Shown here: one piece after another, positions 48,832 to 58,924 of the stretch | How positions within the stretch are numbered: position 1 is the first letter of the stretch | How the letters are laid out: each line of letters starts with the position of its first letter | Source of the DNA: Candidatus Woesearchaeota archaeon | Lineage (GTDB): Archaea; Nanobdellota; Nanobdellia; Woesearchaeales; ARS49 | Assembly: GCA_016215315.1 (NCBI GenBank) | Contig: JACRKG010000045.1 | Coordinates: 19,204 to 83,203 of the forward strand | DNA: 64,000 nucleotides | Direction: 5' to 3' | Made by a program: the position numbers and the translations under genes | Notes under the pieces: model-generated | What the model was told of the DNA's origin: nothing | Database searches by the model: none | The model's input: the letters and a program-made list of their open reading frames with translations, nothing else

Positions 48832-49251
48832 ATGACAAATGAAATACAAAAATATGATCCGCAGGCTTTTGCGGCGCAGAGAGTTTATGACAGGCTCACA
48901 GAGCCTTTAGAAGATTTAACGTCAGTTCAACAGATTAACACTATTGCTGTAGGTGTTGGAAACTTGAAAAGAACTCTTGAAGAAGTAGTTGAAAAGTTAA
49001 AAGACAAAGCTGTTGACGAACAAAAGAAAGTCGTTGGAGAAAAAGACGATAAAGTGCAAAATGTTTATTCTGGACTTGATAAAGCCAGAAGAACTAACGA
49101 CTTTGAAATGTACGACAAAGTGAGCATGGATGTAATCAGAGCAATCATGCAGGCTAAAGGCTCAGTTTCTGATTTGAGATTGTTACAAGCTGGAGATTTT
49201 GATGGTTACGTGAAAAGTCAAAAACTTCTTACAGAAGGTGATGCGAAATGA
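48832..49251 (+). CDS. Hypothetical protein
   Basis: AGGAGG SD. Confidence 0.45.
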   Translation: MTNEIQKYDPQAFAAQRVYDRLTEPLEDLTSVQQINTIAVGVGNLKRTLEEVVEKLKDKAVDEQKKVVGEKDDKVQNVYSGLDKARRTNDFEMYDKVSMDVIRAIMQAKGSVSDLRLLQAGDFDGYVKSQKLLTEGDAK

Positions 49252-49778
49252 ATGATTTAGACCAAAAACTCAAACAGTATGAGACTACTGCTGTTGATGT
49301 TACTAACAAAATGTATGATCCTAATCTCAGAACTGAGAGCAGCAAAGAGGTTTTAGAGAATTTTCCGAATGTCAGGCTGGCTTCGGAAAAACAAGAAAAC
49401 AAAGCAGTTATTGGGCGGAAAGGAATTAATTTCCTTTCTGCCTTATTTTTATCAGCAGGAATAGGCATCGGAGGATACTTTGTTGGCAACTATCAAGGAA
49501 AACATCATGGATTCGAGAAAGGACAAGAAATATTACTGAGAGAAATTACAAGAAATTATTTCGACAGCAAAACAAGAAGTTATCTAGGGCATGAAAGGTT
49601 TTACACAAAAATAATGAGTCCTGCAATTCTTGGAAGGGAACCGACAAGCAAAGAGTTTGATATAATTCTTGATGAAGTACTAAACACTATTGTTCCAGAA
49701 AGCGGCTTGCCTCTAAGAGAACACATAACTGAAAGTTCAAAACATGGCTACTTTTATTTTGGAGGTGTAAAAAAATGA
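49248..49778 (+). CDS. Hypothetical membrane-associated protein
   Basis: One TM (INFLSALFLSAGIGIGGYFVG). Confidence 0.45.
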   Translation: MNDLDQKLKQYETTAVDVTNKMYDPNLRTESSKEVLENFPNVRLASEKQENKAVIGRKGINFLSALFLSAGIGIGGYFVGNYQGKHHGFEKGQEILLREITRNYFDSKTRSYLGHERFYTKIMSPAILGREPTSKEFDIILDEVLNTIVPESGLPLREHITESSKHGYFYFGGVKK

Positions 49779-50170
49779 AAGCAATACAAATTTTCTTTTT
49801 TTCTTTACTTTATTTTTTAGTTTATTTAACAATAAGTTTGGCTATTGATTTGTATTTCGGCTTAGAAACGAGTATTCCTGAACTTGTAACTATTGGTTTG
49901 ATGTTTAACCTTTTACTGATTGTTTTGCTTGTTTTTGAAGTTCCAGACAAGATTGCTGAAAAGTTTGCCAGAAAAAAGGAAAGTGTTTTGTTCTACATAA
50001 CTGAAGACGTAAAAGATGATAAAAATACTTCTGAATTGTTGGAAACTCTTGAAGGAAACGCAACAAAAATAGAATCCCCTAAGAAGTCTGAAGAAAAATC
50101 CAATGAGAAAATCATAGAAGCTGAATTTGTGAAACAAGTTCAAGATCAAAAAGAAGAAAACATATACTGA
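49775..50170 (+). CDS. Membrane protein
   Basis: Two N-terminal TM helices. Confidence 0.45.
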   Translation: MKAIQIFFFSLLYFLVYLTISLAIDLYFGLETSIPELVTIGLMFNLLLIVLLVFEVPDKIAEKFARKKESVLFYITEDVKDDKNTSELLETLEGNATKIESPKKSEEKSNEKIIEAEFVKQVQDQKEENIY

Positions 50171-50182
50171 GGAGGTAAAAAA

Positions 50183-50533
50183 ATGGAAACAATTAACATT
50201 TTGCTTAAAATTTTGATGTACATTTTAATAATTACAACCCCATTAATACTTGGGTCAAAATTAGTTAACGCTTACCCTTACAATACTATCAGCAGTCAGG
50301 ATCAGCAAAAGATTGACGAAATCATGGCTCCATTCAACAAAGTATTCAATTTCGTTAGAATCGCAGCTGGTTCTGTAGCAGTTTTTGTTCTTATTTTAGC
50401 TGGAGTGGTTTACATGACTGCTGGAAGTGATGTTGGAAAGAAAGAGAAAGCCAAAAACATGGCCACCGGAGTTATTGTTGGACTAATGATTTTTGTTGTA
50501 GCACCAACAGCAGTACAATACCTAATAACTTGA
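50183..50533 (+). CDS. TrbC/VirB2-like pilin candidate
   Basis: 116 aa, long signal/TM, second hydrophobic helix near C-terminus, GGAGG SD. Confidence 0.4.
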   Translation: METINILLKILMYILIITTPLILGSKLVNAYPYNTISSQDQQKIDEIMAPFNKVFNFVRIAAGSVAVFVLILAGVVYMTAGSDVGKKEKAKNMATGVIVGLMIFVVAPTAVQYLIT

Positions 50534-50543
50534 GGAAAAAATA

Positions 50544-51491
50544 ATGAAAAAACAATCTAGATACTTACAAGTATCAATAATTTTAATTGCATTATTGCTC
50601 ACTTTTAATTCAGTTAGTGCGAGCCACAATGATGATGAAGAACCTCCAGATAAAGGCTTTTTTGGCAACATCTTTGATGACTTAACTGATGCAATAACTG
50701 CAATACCTGAGATGTTATTAGATTTGTTTCTCGACATAATTAACGCTCCAATTAGACCTTTATTGAGTTTTATTAAAACTCTTCTAGGTGAGCCACCGAG
50801 CACAAGTATTTTTAAAAGTATTTGGAGTATAGTTGTCTACATTTTCAGTTTTTGTTTTAGTTTGATTCTTGTTTTTTGCGGTTTCAGTTTTATTCTTTCA
50901 GGGCATGATGTTGAGAAAAGAGAAAAAGCTAAAGATTGGCTAAAAAACACATTAATATTGATTATTTTGTTGCCTGCAAGTTACTTTATTTATGAATTAA
51001 TTCTTCAATTTAGTGCAGGACTTACAAATTTTGTCTTAAACATAATACGTCCAGAATTTTTTTTAATAACTTCAAATAATCTTGGAGATATTTTCTTAAG
51101 CCTCGCGTTATCAATACCTTACTTAATTGTCTTGTTATTAACTGGCATTGTTTTAGTTATTCGTTATGCACTCATTAGTGCAGGAGTGATATTTTTTCCT
51201 ATAGGAATCTTTTTTTATTTCATCAGTCCACTTAAAAGTTATGGTAGTTTTATAATTAATTTTTTGATGATAAATATATTTATAGGTTTCATTAACGCAT
51301 TGTTTTTGCTTGCATTTTCTAAGCTTGTTGAACTACCTGTATTTAGTACTTTGAAAATTCTAGTCATGATCTCAGCTTTTTTGATTATTGATTTAATAAC
51401 AATTTTTGCGATGGTTTTCGCACTCATCAAAGCAGCAGTAAACTTCGGAAAGACCGTTGTTAATCCAGTAGTTAAAATTGTAAAACCATAA
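50544..51491 (+). CDS. Polytopic membrane protein (VirB6/TrbL-like candidate)
   Basis: Signal peptide plus at least 6 TM helices. Confidence 0.4.
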   Translation: MKKQSRYLQVSIILIALLLTFNSVSASHNDDEEPPDKGFFGNIFDDLTDAITAIPEMLLDLFLDIINAPIRPLLSFIKTLLGEPPSTSIFKSIWSIVVYIFSFCFSLILVFCGFSFILSGHDVEKREKAKDWLKNTLILIILLPASYFIYELILQFSAGLTNFVLNIIRPEFFLITSNNLGDIFLSLALSIPYLIVLLLTGIVLVIRYALISAGVIFFPIGIFFYFISPLKSYGSFIINFLMINIFIGFINALFLLAFSKLVELPVFSTLKILVMISAFLIIDLITIFAMVFALIKAAVNFGKTVVNPVVKIVKP

Positions 51492-51495
51492 AAAA

Positions 51496-52449
51496 ATGAA
51501 TGATACTCAAACTTTTCGGAAATTGAATGTTGTTGACTTCTTTTGCGGAGCTGGAGGATTCAGCAAAGGTTTCGAGCAAGCAGGCTTCAACATATTGGCA
51601 GGAATAGATTTTAATGAGAATGCAATAGCCACGTTCAAACAAAATCATTCTGGTAAAGGGGTTGTCAGGGACATAAAAAAGTTGTCTCTAAAAGAGTTTA
51701 ATGAGCTCACAGGATGTTCTGGCGTCGATGTTTTGATCGGTGGCTTTCCGTGTCAAGGATTTAGTCTTCTTGGGAAGCGTAACAAAAAAGATCCTAGAAA
51801 TCTTTTATACAGAGAATTATTACGTTTCATTGAAGGATTAAAGCCTGAGTTTGTTATTCTTGAAAATGTGAGGGGTTTGGCTTCAATGAAGGATTCTAAA
51901 AATAATTCTGTTTTATCCTCTATACTGCAAGAAATTATTTCACTAGGTTACTGTGTTAGTTACAAAGTTTTGCTGGCAAGCGATTATGGAGTTCCACAAA
52001 ACCGTGAGCGATTAATCATTTTTGCACAGAAAATAAACTTTTTTGACATTCCAAAAATTGAAAATAAAACAACAGTGATTGAAGCTTTGCAAAACATTCC
52101 TGAAGGATTAAATGCTCACATTGTTGTAAATCATAAGCCAGAATATTCTGAGCGTTTAGCACAAGTTGCACAGGGTAAAAGTCTTGGAAAATTCAGATCT
52201 TGCATGAGACTTCAGGCAGATAAGCCAAGCAACACAATAACGAGCGGAGACTTAATACATCCAACACTCAATCGTTTCTTAACTCCTAGAGAAAGCGCGC
52301 GATTACAAGGTTTTAGCGACGATTTTGTTTTTTGCGGTGGAAGAGAAAGTATCAAGTTGCAAATTGGTAATGCAGTTCCTCCACTACTTGCTAAAGTTCT
52401 TGCAAATCAGCTATTAGCTGAGATTAATCGAGGTGTTTCAAATGTATGA
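51496..52449 (+). CDS. dcm: DNA (cytosine-5)-methyltransferase, no adjacent restriction enzyme recognised
   Basis: Motifs I FFCGAGGFS, IV GFPCQGFS, VI ENVRGL, VIII QNRERL, X GNAVPP. Confidence 0.9.
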   Translation: MNDTQTFRKLNVVDFFCGAGGFSKGFEQAGFNILAGIDFNENAIATFKQNHSGKGVVRDIKKLSLKEFNELTGCSGVDVLIGGFPCQGFSLLGKRNKKDPRNLLYRELLRFIEGLKPEFVILENVRGLASMKDSKNNSVLSSILQEIISLGYCVSYKVLLASDYGVPQNRERLIIFAQKINFFDIPKIENKTTVIEALQNIPEGLNAHIVVNHKPEYSERLAQVAQGKSLGKFRSCMRLQADKPSNTITSGDLIHPTLNRFLTPRESARLQGFSDDFVFCGGRESIKLQIGNAVPPLLAKVLANQLLAEINRGVSNV

Positions 52450-55195
52450 AATACCTCAAGAATTGCAATATTCTGAAAAGATTGTTTTTGGTTTAACATT
52501 GAAACAAACTTTTGTTGTATTAAGTACAGGAGTACTGGTCTATTTTACAATTTTCAAATGGCTCATCAGTCCTTGGATAAAATATTCTTTAGCTTTGTTG
52601 ATTGTTGTTCTTGGTGTTTTGTTTACTTTTTTCAAACTAGACCAGTTAATCTCGAACTTTTTGTTGTGGATTTGGAGCAAAAGAATTAAGTTTTTTCAAA
52701 GCCAATCATTGTTCGGAGTTCAAAAATTTGAGAATGATTTCATGTTTGTTAAGGGCGTTAGGACTGTTGTTCTTGAAGTTTTTCCAATGAATTATGGAAT
52801 AAAAAACAATACAGAACAAGAAAGTATTGTTAAAATTTTTAGAAAATTGTTGCAAAGCATTGATTATCCTACACAGTATTTTATGAGGACAGAACCTTTA
52901 GAAATAAAGAAATACCTTGAAGTTTTAGGAAATAAAGTTTCTGAAGTCTCTGCAAAAACTCAAAACAAAATTTATGAGGAACAATTTGCAGGTCTTGAAA
53001 AGCACTTAAATCAAACAATAAGTGAAAATAATCTTTGTAATAGAAAATTCTACATAATAATCCCAGAACTCGCTGGATTAGAAATTCAAGTCAAAATAGT
53101 AGAAGACAAAATCAAAAATCTCGGATTAAAAAGCAAAAGACTTATTGGTAAAGAACTTGAAAAACTCATCAAAGAATTTATTAATCAAGAAAACAAAGAG
53201 TTAAAGAATTGCAAGAATCATTTAGAAATTGGCAAGACTTTTCACAGAGTAATAACTGCTGTAGGCTATCCGAGAATAGTTGAAGCAGGATTTCTCGACA
53301 AAATAATCACTTTACAAGGAAATTTCGACTTAAGCATACATATACAACCAAAACAGATTAGCAAAACTATTGTTGATTTGAACAGAGACTTGCAAAAACA
53401 AAGAAGCGACTTGTACTCAGAACAACTAAAAAATATAATCAATCCAAGTTTAGAGATAAAATATGAAGATACTCGAAGAATTCTTGAAGAATTGCAAAAA
53501 GGAAAAGATAAACTCTTTGACGTCAGTTTATACATTAATTGCCGAGCTAATAAGTTAGATGAATTAAATCTCTTAACCCGTAAAGTCGAAGCAGAACTTA
53601 ACAGCACATTAATCATTCCAGAAGTTCAAAATTTCAAGCAATTACAAGGCTTGAAGAGTGTTGCTCCAACAAGCAAAAATATTTTGAAAGTTAATAGAAA
53701 CATTACAACAACGGCATTATCAGCATTTTTTCCTTTTACAAGCAAATTCTTAGAAATAGATAATTCTGGAGTGTGGTTTGGCTTGAACAAAAACAACATT
53801 CCAATAATCATTGATCCGTTCAAGTTGAGCAATCCTAATGGAGTTATATTGGCAACTTCTGGAGCAGGAAAAAGCTATTTAGCTAAATTGTTGATTTCTA
53901 GACAATTATTGACTGGAAGTCAAGTTATTATTATTGATCCTCAAGGAGAATACACTGATTTAGTGCAAAAATTTAATGGTCAAATTATTGATTTACACAC
54001 GAAAAGCAAAACAATAATTAATCCTTTGGATTTAATGAATAAAACTTACGAGGATAAACGTTTGTTCTTAATGGATTTAATAAAAGTAATTTTTGGAGAA
54101 ATAAGCCCCCATCAGAAAAGCATTATTGACAAAGCAATAAGCTTAGCTTACACAAAAAAAGGAATTACTGATGATCCGAATACTTGGAATAAGGAGCCTC
54201 CGAAACTAGAAGATGTTCTTCAAGAAATAGTAAAAATGAAGGCAAAGGCCAGTGAAGTTACTGAGTACGGCATTGCAGCTCTAGAAAACAAATTAGAACT
54301 TTACGTCAATGGTGTTTTCAAATTCTTAAATCAGCACACTCAATTAAAACTTAATAATCAATTGATTTGCTTTAATATCCAGAAATTACCTAATCAAGTT
54401 CAGCCGGTAATGATGTTCTTAATTTTGGATTTTGTTTATACAACAATGCAAAAAGAACTCAATAGAAAGATTTTACTTATTGATGAGTCATGGAAGTTAT
54501 TGTCAAGAACGGAAGATGCAGGCTACGTTTTTGCTATTGTAAAAACTTGTCGTAAGTTCAATATGGGACTTTTGCTTATCAATCAAGAAGTTGAAGGATT
54601 GCTAGAAAGCAGTGCAGGAAAAAGTGTTTTGGCAAACAGTTCATACACAATATTGCTTAAGCAGAAACCTTCAGTAATCAAGCAATTAAAAACAACTTTT
54701 GACCTTTCAGATTATGAAAGAGATTACTTGTTAACTGCTAATGTTGGTGAAGGAATACTTATTACGGATCAAGAGCATAATGAGCTAAAAATTATTGCTT
54801 CTAAAGCTGAGCACGATTTGATTACTACTAATGCTGACGAGAAATTACAACAAAAGAATAATAAGGTTGAAAAAAATGAAGACAACAAGCCAAAAGAAGA
54901 AAAACCTGTTAAGAAAACAGAACTTGATTTTACAAAAATAGCTTACGACAAAGAAATTCTTAGTAAAGAACAAATTGAGCTGTTGAAAAATAAAGGTTAT
55001 CAAGAATTTTCAGAAAAAATCTTCAGTACAACAAAAGCATACTTTGTAAAAAGCCAAAATAGTGAAGAAATTACTTGTTTATTCAATCTTTGCACAATAA
55101 CTGACTATTTGAGAAGTAAAAGTTTTAGCGCAAAAATAGTCAAGAAAAACAAGAAATTCTTTTTAGAGGTAGAAAAATGCCAGAAAACTCATTAA
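52433..55195 (+). CDS. VirB4/TrbE/CagE-family conjugative ATPase with N-terminal VirB3-like TM segment
   Basis: N-terminal 2 TM helices; Walker A ATSGAGKSY; Walker B LLIDESWKLL. Confidence 0.7.
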   Translation: MFQMYEIPQELQYSEKIVFGLTLKQTFVVLSTGVLVYFTIFKWLISPWIKYSLALLIVVLGVLFTFFKLDQLISNFLLWIWSKRIKFFQSQSLFGVQKFENDFMFVKGVRTVVLEVFPMNYGIKNNTEQESIVKIFRKLLQSIDYPTQYFMRTEPLEIKKYLEVLGNKVSEVSAKTQNKIYEEQFAGLEKHLNQTISENNLCNRKFYIIIPELAGLEIQVKIVEDKIKNLGLKSKRLIGKELEKLIKEFINQENKELKNCKNHLEIGKTFHRVITAVGYPRIVEAGFLDKIITLQGNFDLSIHIQPKQISKTIVDLNRDLQKQRSDLYSEQLKNIINPSLEIKYEDTRRILEELQKGKDKLFDVSLYINCRANKLDELNLLTRKVEAELNSTLIIPEVQNFKQLQGLKSVAPTSKNILKVNRNITTTALSAFFPFTSKFLEIDNSGVWFGLNKNNIPIIIDPFKLSNPNGVILATSGAGKSYLAKLLISRQLLTGSQVIIIDPQGEYTDLVQKFNGQIIDLHTKSKTIINPLDLMNKTYEDKRLFLMDLIKVIFGEISPHQKSIIDKAISLAYTKKGITDDPNTWNKEPPKLEDVLQEIVKMKAKASEVTEYGIAALENKLELYVNGVFKFLNQHTQLKLNNQLICFNIQKLPNQVQPVMMFLILDFVYTTMQKELNRKILLIDESWKLLSRTEDAGYVFAIVKTCRKFNMGLLLINQEVEGLLESSAGKSVLANSSYTILLKQKPSVIKQLKTTFDLSDYERDYLLTANVGEGILITDQEHNELKIIASKAEHDLITTNADEKLQQKNNKVEKNEDNKPKEEKPVKKTELDFTKIAYDKEILSKEQIELLKNKGYQEFSEKIFSTTKAYFVKSQNSEEITCLFNLCTITDYLRSKSFSAKIVKKNKKFFLEVEKCQKTH

Positions 55196-56232
55196 TAGAT
55201 AACGAATTATTTATTATTTCACTGTTTCTTATAGGAACTCCTTTAATTATTATAGGTTTCGTAAACACTAATTATTACATCATTCCAAATTTTTCAATGT
55301 ACAATTTATTTCTTGCCTTGCCGGGATTTGTTGGCATAATTGTATTCATTTGCGTTTTAACATACCTAATTCTAAAGATTTTTCACTTAGTACAGTATTT
55401 GTTTGTCCGGCGTAAAATAATTAGTTTAAAACAAAAAGAACAAACAATAAAAACACATCAAGAAAATCACATTGCTAAATTAAGCGAAGAGTTAGATAAA
55501 ATATTTCTTGAAGCAAAACCATTACTAAAAGCAGAAAACACCTTTGAAAACAAGCAAAAACTTGAAGAAATACAAAAAGAATTATTACAATCAAAATTCA
55601 AAGACTTAGAATTACACAAGAAAAGAATTCAATACGTTCAACAAATCGGAGAAAAAGTAAGAGAAATAGAAATCTACTTGAAAAGTAAAGAAAAAGAAAT
55701 ATTAGGTAAAGAAGAACAAAGATTAAAAGAATTAAAAGCAGAATGTGGGTACGTCAAAGGCGCAAAATTATCTGATTGGGATAAAGAATTGTTATTAAAA
55801 AGAGGTTTTGCCAAATTACAATGTAATGAGTTTTGTGGACGTGGAAATCCAGTATATTTCTTAAAACCGAGAGATAAAGAAACTCCAGAGCACTTCTTTT
55901 TAGTTAGGCATACTCAAGAATATCTTGAAAATAAAGGGATAACTGCAACAACACCTGAAAAAAGAGATGCAGATGTTATCTTTGAAATAAATGGAGTAAC
56001 TTATGCAATAGAAGTTGAAACTGGAACTTATCCTGAGAAGAAACCTGAAGAATTTGAAAATAAAATAAAACAATGCAATGACAAATACGGCAACAATTGG
56101 ATGTTTTTAGTGGTTCATAGAGATCTTATTTCATTCTATAAAAAGTACAATGCAAAAACATATCATCGTGAACAGATGGTGGAGGTGCTGGATGTAATAA
56201 CATCAACAAATCACATCAACAAAAATAATTGA
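55177..56232 (+). CDS. Membrane-anchored coiled-coil protein with C-terminal possible nuclease-like domain
   Basis: 2 N-terminal TM, K/E coiled coil, C-terminal DADVIFEINGVTYAIEVETG block. Confidence 0.45.
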   Translation: MPENSLIDNELFIISLFLIGTPLIIIGFVNTNYYIIPNFSMYNLFLALPGFVGIIVFICVLTYLILKIFHLVQYLFVRRKIISLKQKEQTIKTHQENHIAKLSEELDKIFLEAKPLLKAENTFENKQKLEEIQKELLQSKFKDLELHKKRIQYVQQIGEKVREIEIYLKSKEKEILGKEEQRLKELKAECGYVKGAKLSDWDKELLLKRGFAKLQCNEFCGRGNPVYFLKPRDKETPEHFFLVRHTQEYLENKGITATTPEKRDADVIFEINGVTYAIEVETGTYPEKKPEEFENKIKQCNDKYGNNWMFLVVHRDLISFYKKYNAKTYHREQMVEVLDVITSTNHINKNN

Positions 56233-56330
56233 AAAATTGATGTGGGATTTATAAAAAAATCACATCAATAAATTTGACAAAAACACAGAAAACTCTGAAA
56301 GAAAATCAGAAAACACATCAACAAAATTTC
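56200..56330. repeat. Iteron-like repeats CACATCAA(C/T)AAA (4 direct and 1 inverted copy)
   Basis: Copies at about 56201, 56212, 56261, 56314 and inverted TTGATGTG at 56237. Confidence 0.55.
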
Positions 56331-56375
56331 CACTTATATACATATAATTTTACTTAATATGGGGAGGGCAATAAA

Positions 56376-56651
56376 ATGGAAAATGAAACACAACAAAACA
56401 CAACACAAAGTGTGACACCAAGTGTGCCGCAAAGTACAACGCCAGTTTTCAAACCTAATGTAAATCAGGACGATAGCGTTGGTTCTTTTATCAGAAAACA
56501 AAACATCAAAACCAAAATTAATCAACTAGGCTGTCAAGTCGGAGTAGATTTTTATCCTCGCTTTAACGAATTTCTAGAAAGCACGATAGTAAAAGCAATC
56601 TTTAGAACTAAATGCAACAGAAGAAAAACTGTTCGTGGGATGGATATCTAA
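56376..56651 (+). CDS. Hypothetical protein
   Basis: GGGGAGGG SD. Confidence 0.4.
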   Translation: MENETQQNTTQSVTPSVPQSTTPVFKPNVNQDDSVGSFIRKQNIKTKINQLGCQVGVDFYPRFNEFLESTIVKAIFRTKCNRRKTVRGMDI

Positions 56652-56652
56652 A

Positions 56653-57186
56653 ATGACTTACGCAGTATATGTGAGAGTCAGCACGGAAGAGCAGAATTTG
56701 GATATGCAAAAACTTGAGATAAGCAATTATTGTCAGAGAATGGGCTGGAATTATGTGATTTACGAGGAGAAAGAAAGTACTAGAAAAACACGTCCAGTAA
56801 AACAATGGTTATTGCAGCAATTGCGTCTGAAAAAATTTGGTGGTGTGATCGTTTGGCGTTTGGACAGATGGGCTAGAAGTTTGCAAGAGTTAGTCATGGA
56901 TCTCGAGGAAATGACAAACAAAAACATAAAATTCATTTCACTTCGTGATAATGTTGACTACACTAGTGCAAGTGGTCGAGCGTTTACACAAATTTTGTGT
57001 GTCTTTGCAGAGTTCGAAAGACAATTAATAAGAGAAAGAACTCTAGCAGGATTAGCCAGGGCAAAAGCCGCAGGCATTAAACTCGGTCGTCCAAAAGGCA
57101 GCAAAGATGGAAAAGTCCGTCGGAAAAGCGGATACTACATGCGCTACATTCTGGAAAACAATAAGCACAAAGAATTCGCTCTTTGA
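56653..57186 (+). CDS. Serine recombinase (resolvase/invertase family)
   Basis: YVRVSTEEQ catalytic Ser motif; start taken at MTYAVY. Confidence 0.8.
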   Translation: MTYAVYVRVSTEEQNLDMQKLEISNYCQRMGWNYVIYEEKESTRKTRPVKQWLLQQLRLKKFGGVIVWRLDRWARSLQELVMDLEEMTNKNIKFISLRDNVDYTSASGRAFTQILCVFAEFERQLIRERTLAGLARAKAAGIKLGRPKGSKDGKVRRKSGYYMRYILENNKHKEFAL

Positions 57187-57326
57187 AAATATTTTTTTAT
57201 TTTTTTCTATTTTTAATACGAGCGAATAAGCGCCGTCCGTCGGTTTTGGTCATTTAGAGGCTGATTTTGCTTAACAGTCTGAATTTGTTTGGTTTGTATA
57301 TTTGAGGGGTTTTATCTTCTCACAAA

Positions 57327-57707
57327 TCACCAACTTCCTTCATTAATATCATTCCTTCTTCTTTCTTCATATCTTTCAAGTTCCCTTCTAGCATCGACAT
57401 CAGAACTCCAACCTCCGCCGTAATTAATTCTATTTATCAATCTTTCTTTGTAATTATCTGAAGAAACACTATTAAGAGCAATTCTTGTTAGTTCTCCAGA
57501 CATGTATGTTGCTTGTGCTTCTTCTGCATCAGCTTCATTAAAAATTCCGTTCTTTAATCCATATAAATATGCTTCTCTTATTTCCAGATTGCATATTCTA
57601 TTAGCAGGATCAACAATAGCAATACCTGCACTTCTAATTCTATCTAAAACCTTTTTCACTCTTACTTCTAAATCTTGATTGTTTGTTTTACATTCCATTT
57701 TAATCAC
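57327..57707 (-). CDS. Hypothetical protein
   Basis: ORF. Confidence 0.4.
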   Translation of the reverse strand: MIKMECKTNNQDLEVRVKKVLDRIRSAGIAIVDPANRICNLEIREAYLYGLKNGIFNEADAEEAQATYMSGELTRIALNSVSSDNYKERLINRINYGGGWSSDVDARRELERYEERRRNDINEGSW

Positions 57708-57802
57708 CTTGCAATAGTATCTCTGCGGATAAATATAAAACTATTTCTCTATATCTTTGACAAATAACAATATTTATATACTTAAATAGATAATAATCCT
57801 AT

Positions 57803-58780
57803 ATGGATAAAACAGACCAGAAATTGTTATATGAACTAGAATTAAAATCGAATGAAAAAGATTCGATTCTAGCGAAAAAACTCAAAACTAGCAAACAAGT
57901 TATAGGGTACAGAATAAAACGTCTAACTTCTGAAAATATAATCAAACAATTTCAAACCGTTCTCAACATATCTAATTTAGGCGTACCTATTTGGGCACAC
58001 ATATATTTCAAATTATTGGAAGTTACAAAAGAAAAAGAAGAAGAAATAACAAAATATCTTGCCGAGAATAAGAAAATAGGATACCTTGCCATTTTAGGAG
58101 GCAGATTTGATTTATCTATTGTATTGGTTGCAAAAAATATACAAGAATTAGAGTTTGATTTAGAAGAAATTACGAGTAAATTCCCAGAACAATTAAAGAG
58201 TTATGATATTATATTGAGAACTTTTGGATGGAAATTCCCAAAAAAATATCTTCTTCAAGAAAAGAATATCGCTCATCATAAAGTTATACTCTCAAAAGAA
58301 ACAGACCTTGTGCAAATTGATTCAATTGATATTTCTATACTAAAGGAAATAACTAAAAATTCAAGAATATCTATAATGGATTTAAGAAAAAAATTAGATA
58401 TCCCATTCTCCACAGTTAGATCAAGGATTAAATCTCTAGAAAAGAAAAAAGTAATTGCAGGATATTCAATATTATTAGATTTACAGAAAATAGGATATAA
58501 TAATTATAAAGTATTTATGAAAACAAAAGACAATTCAAAAGATGCTTTTAATACACTCCGTGAATTTGCTTCTTCTCATCCTAATGTAACTTACTTTATG
58601 AAGACTTTCGGAGAACACAATTATGAACTAAGATTTGAGGTAGAAAGCCAAGAGAAATTCCAAGATGTAATCAAAGAAATAAGATCAAAATTCTCTGAAA
58701 TTATAGACGGATTAGAAACTGTTATTATTTTTAAAGAATTGAAAGAAGACTTTTCAGCAGTGCTGGAACACCTAGATTGA
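57803..58780 (+). CDS. Lrp/AsnC-family regulator with two tandem HTH plus ligand-binding modules
   Basis: Two repeats of DxxDxkLLxEL..n.R.S...lakkl..S...v..RIkrL....VI.gY. Confidence 0.55.
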   Translation: MDKTDQKLLYELELKSNEKDSILAKKLKTSKQVIGYRIKRLTSENIIKQFQTVLNISNLGVPIWAHIYFKLLEVTKEKEEEITKYLAENKKIGYLAILGGRFDLSIVLVAKNIQELEFDLEEITSKFPEQLKSYDIILRTFGWKFPKKYLLQEKNIAHHKVILSKETDLVQIDSIDISILKEITKNSRISIMDLRKKLDIPFSTVRSRIKSLEKKKVIAGYSILLDLQKIGYNNYKVFMKTKDNSKDAFNTLREFASSHPNVTYFMKTFGEHNYELRFEVESQEKFQDVIKEIRSKFSEIIDGLETVIIFKELKEDFSAVLEHLD

Positions 58781-58924
58781 TATTCTAAACAAAGGTCTTC
58801 AAATAATGATTTCTCATCCGAATCTACAACAATTCATCATTCAAGCAGGTAAATCTAAGAACCTAAACTATCGGTCAATTTACAAATTTTATTTCTGAGT
58901 AAGATTTAAATAAAATGCAGTTAT

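Larger units (their letters stand above)
45169..57320. mobile_element. Putative integrated conjugative/plasmid-like element adjacent to tRNA-Gln
   Basis: Tyrosine integrase, VirB2/TrbC-like and VirB6-like membrane proteins, VirB3/4-like ATPase, orphan Dcm, serine recombinase, iteron-like repeats; exact ends not determined. Confidence 0.45.
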
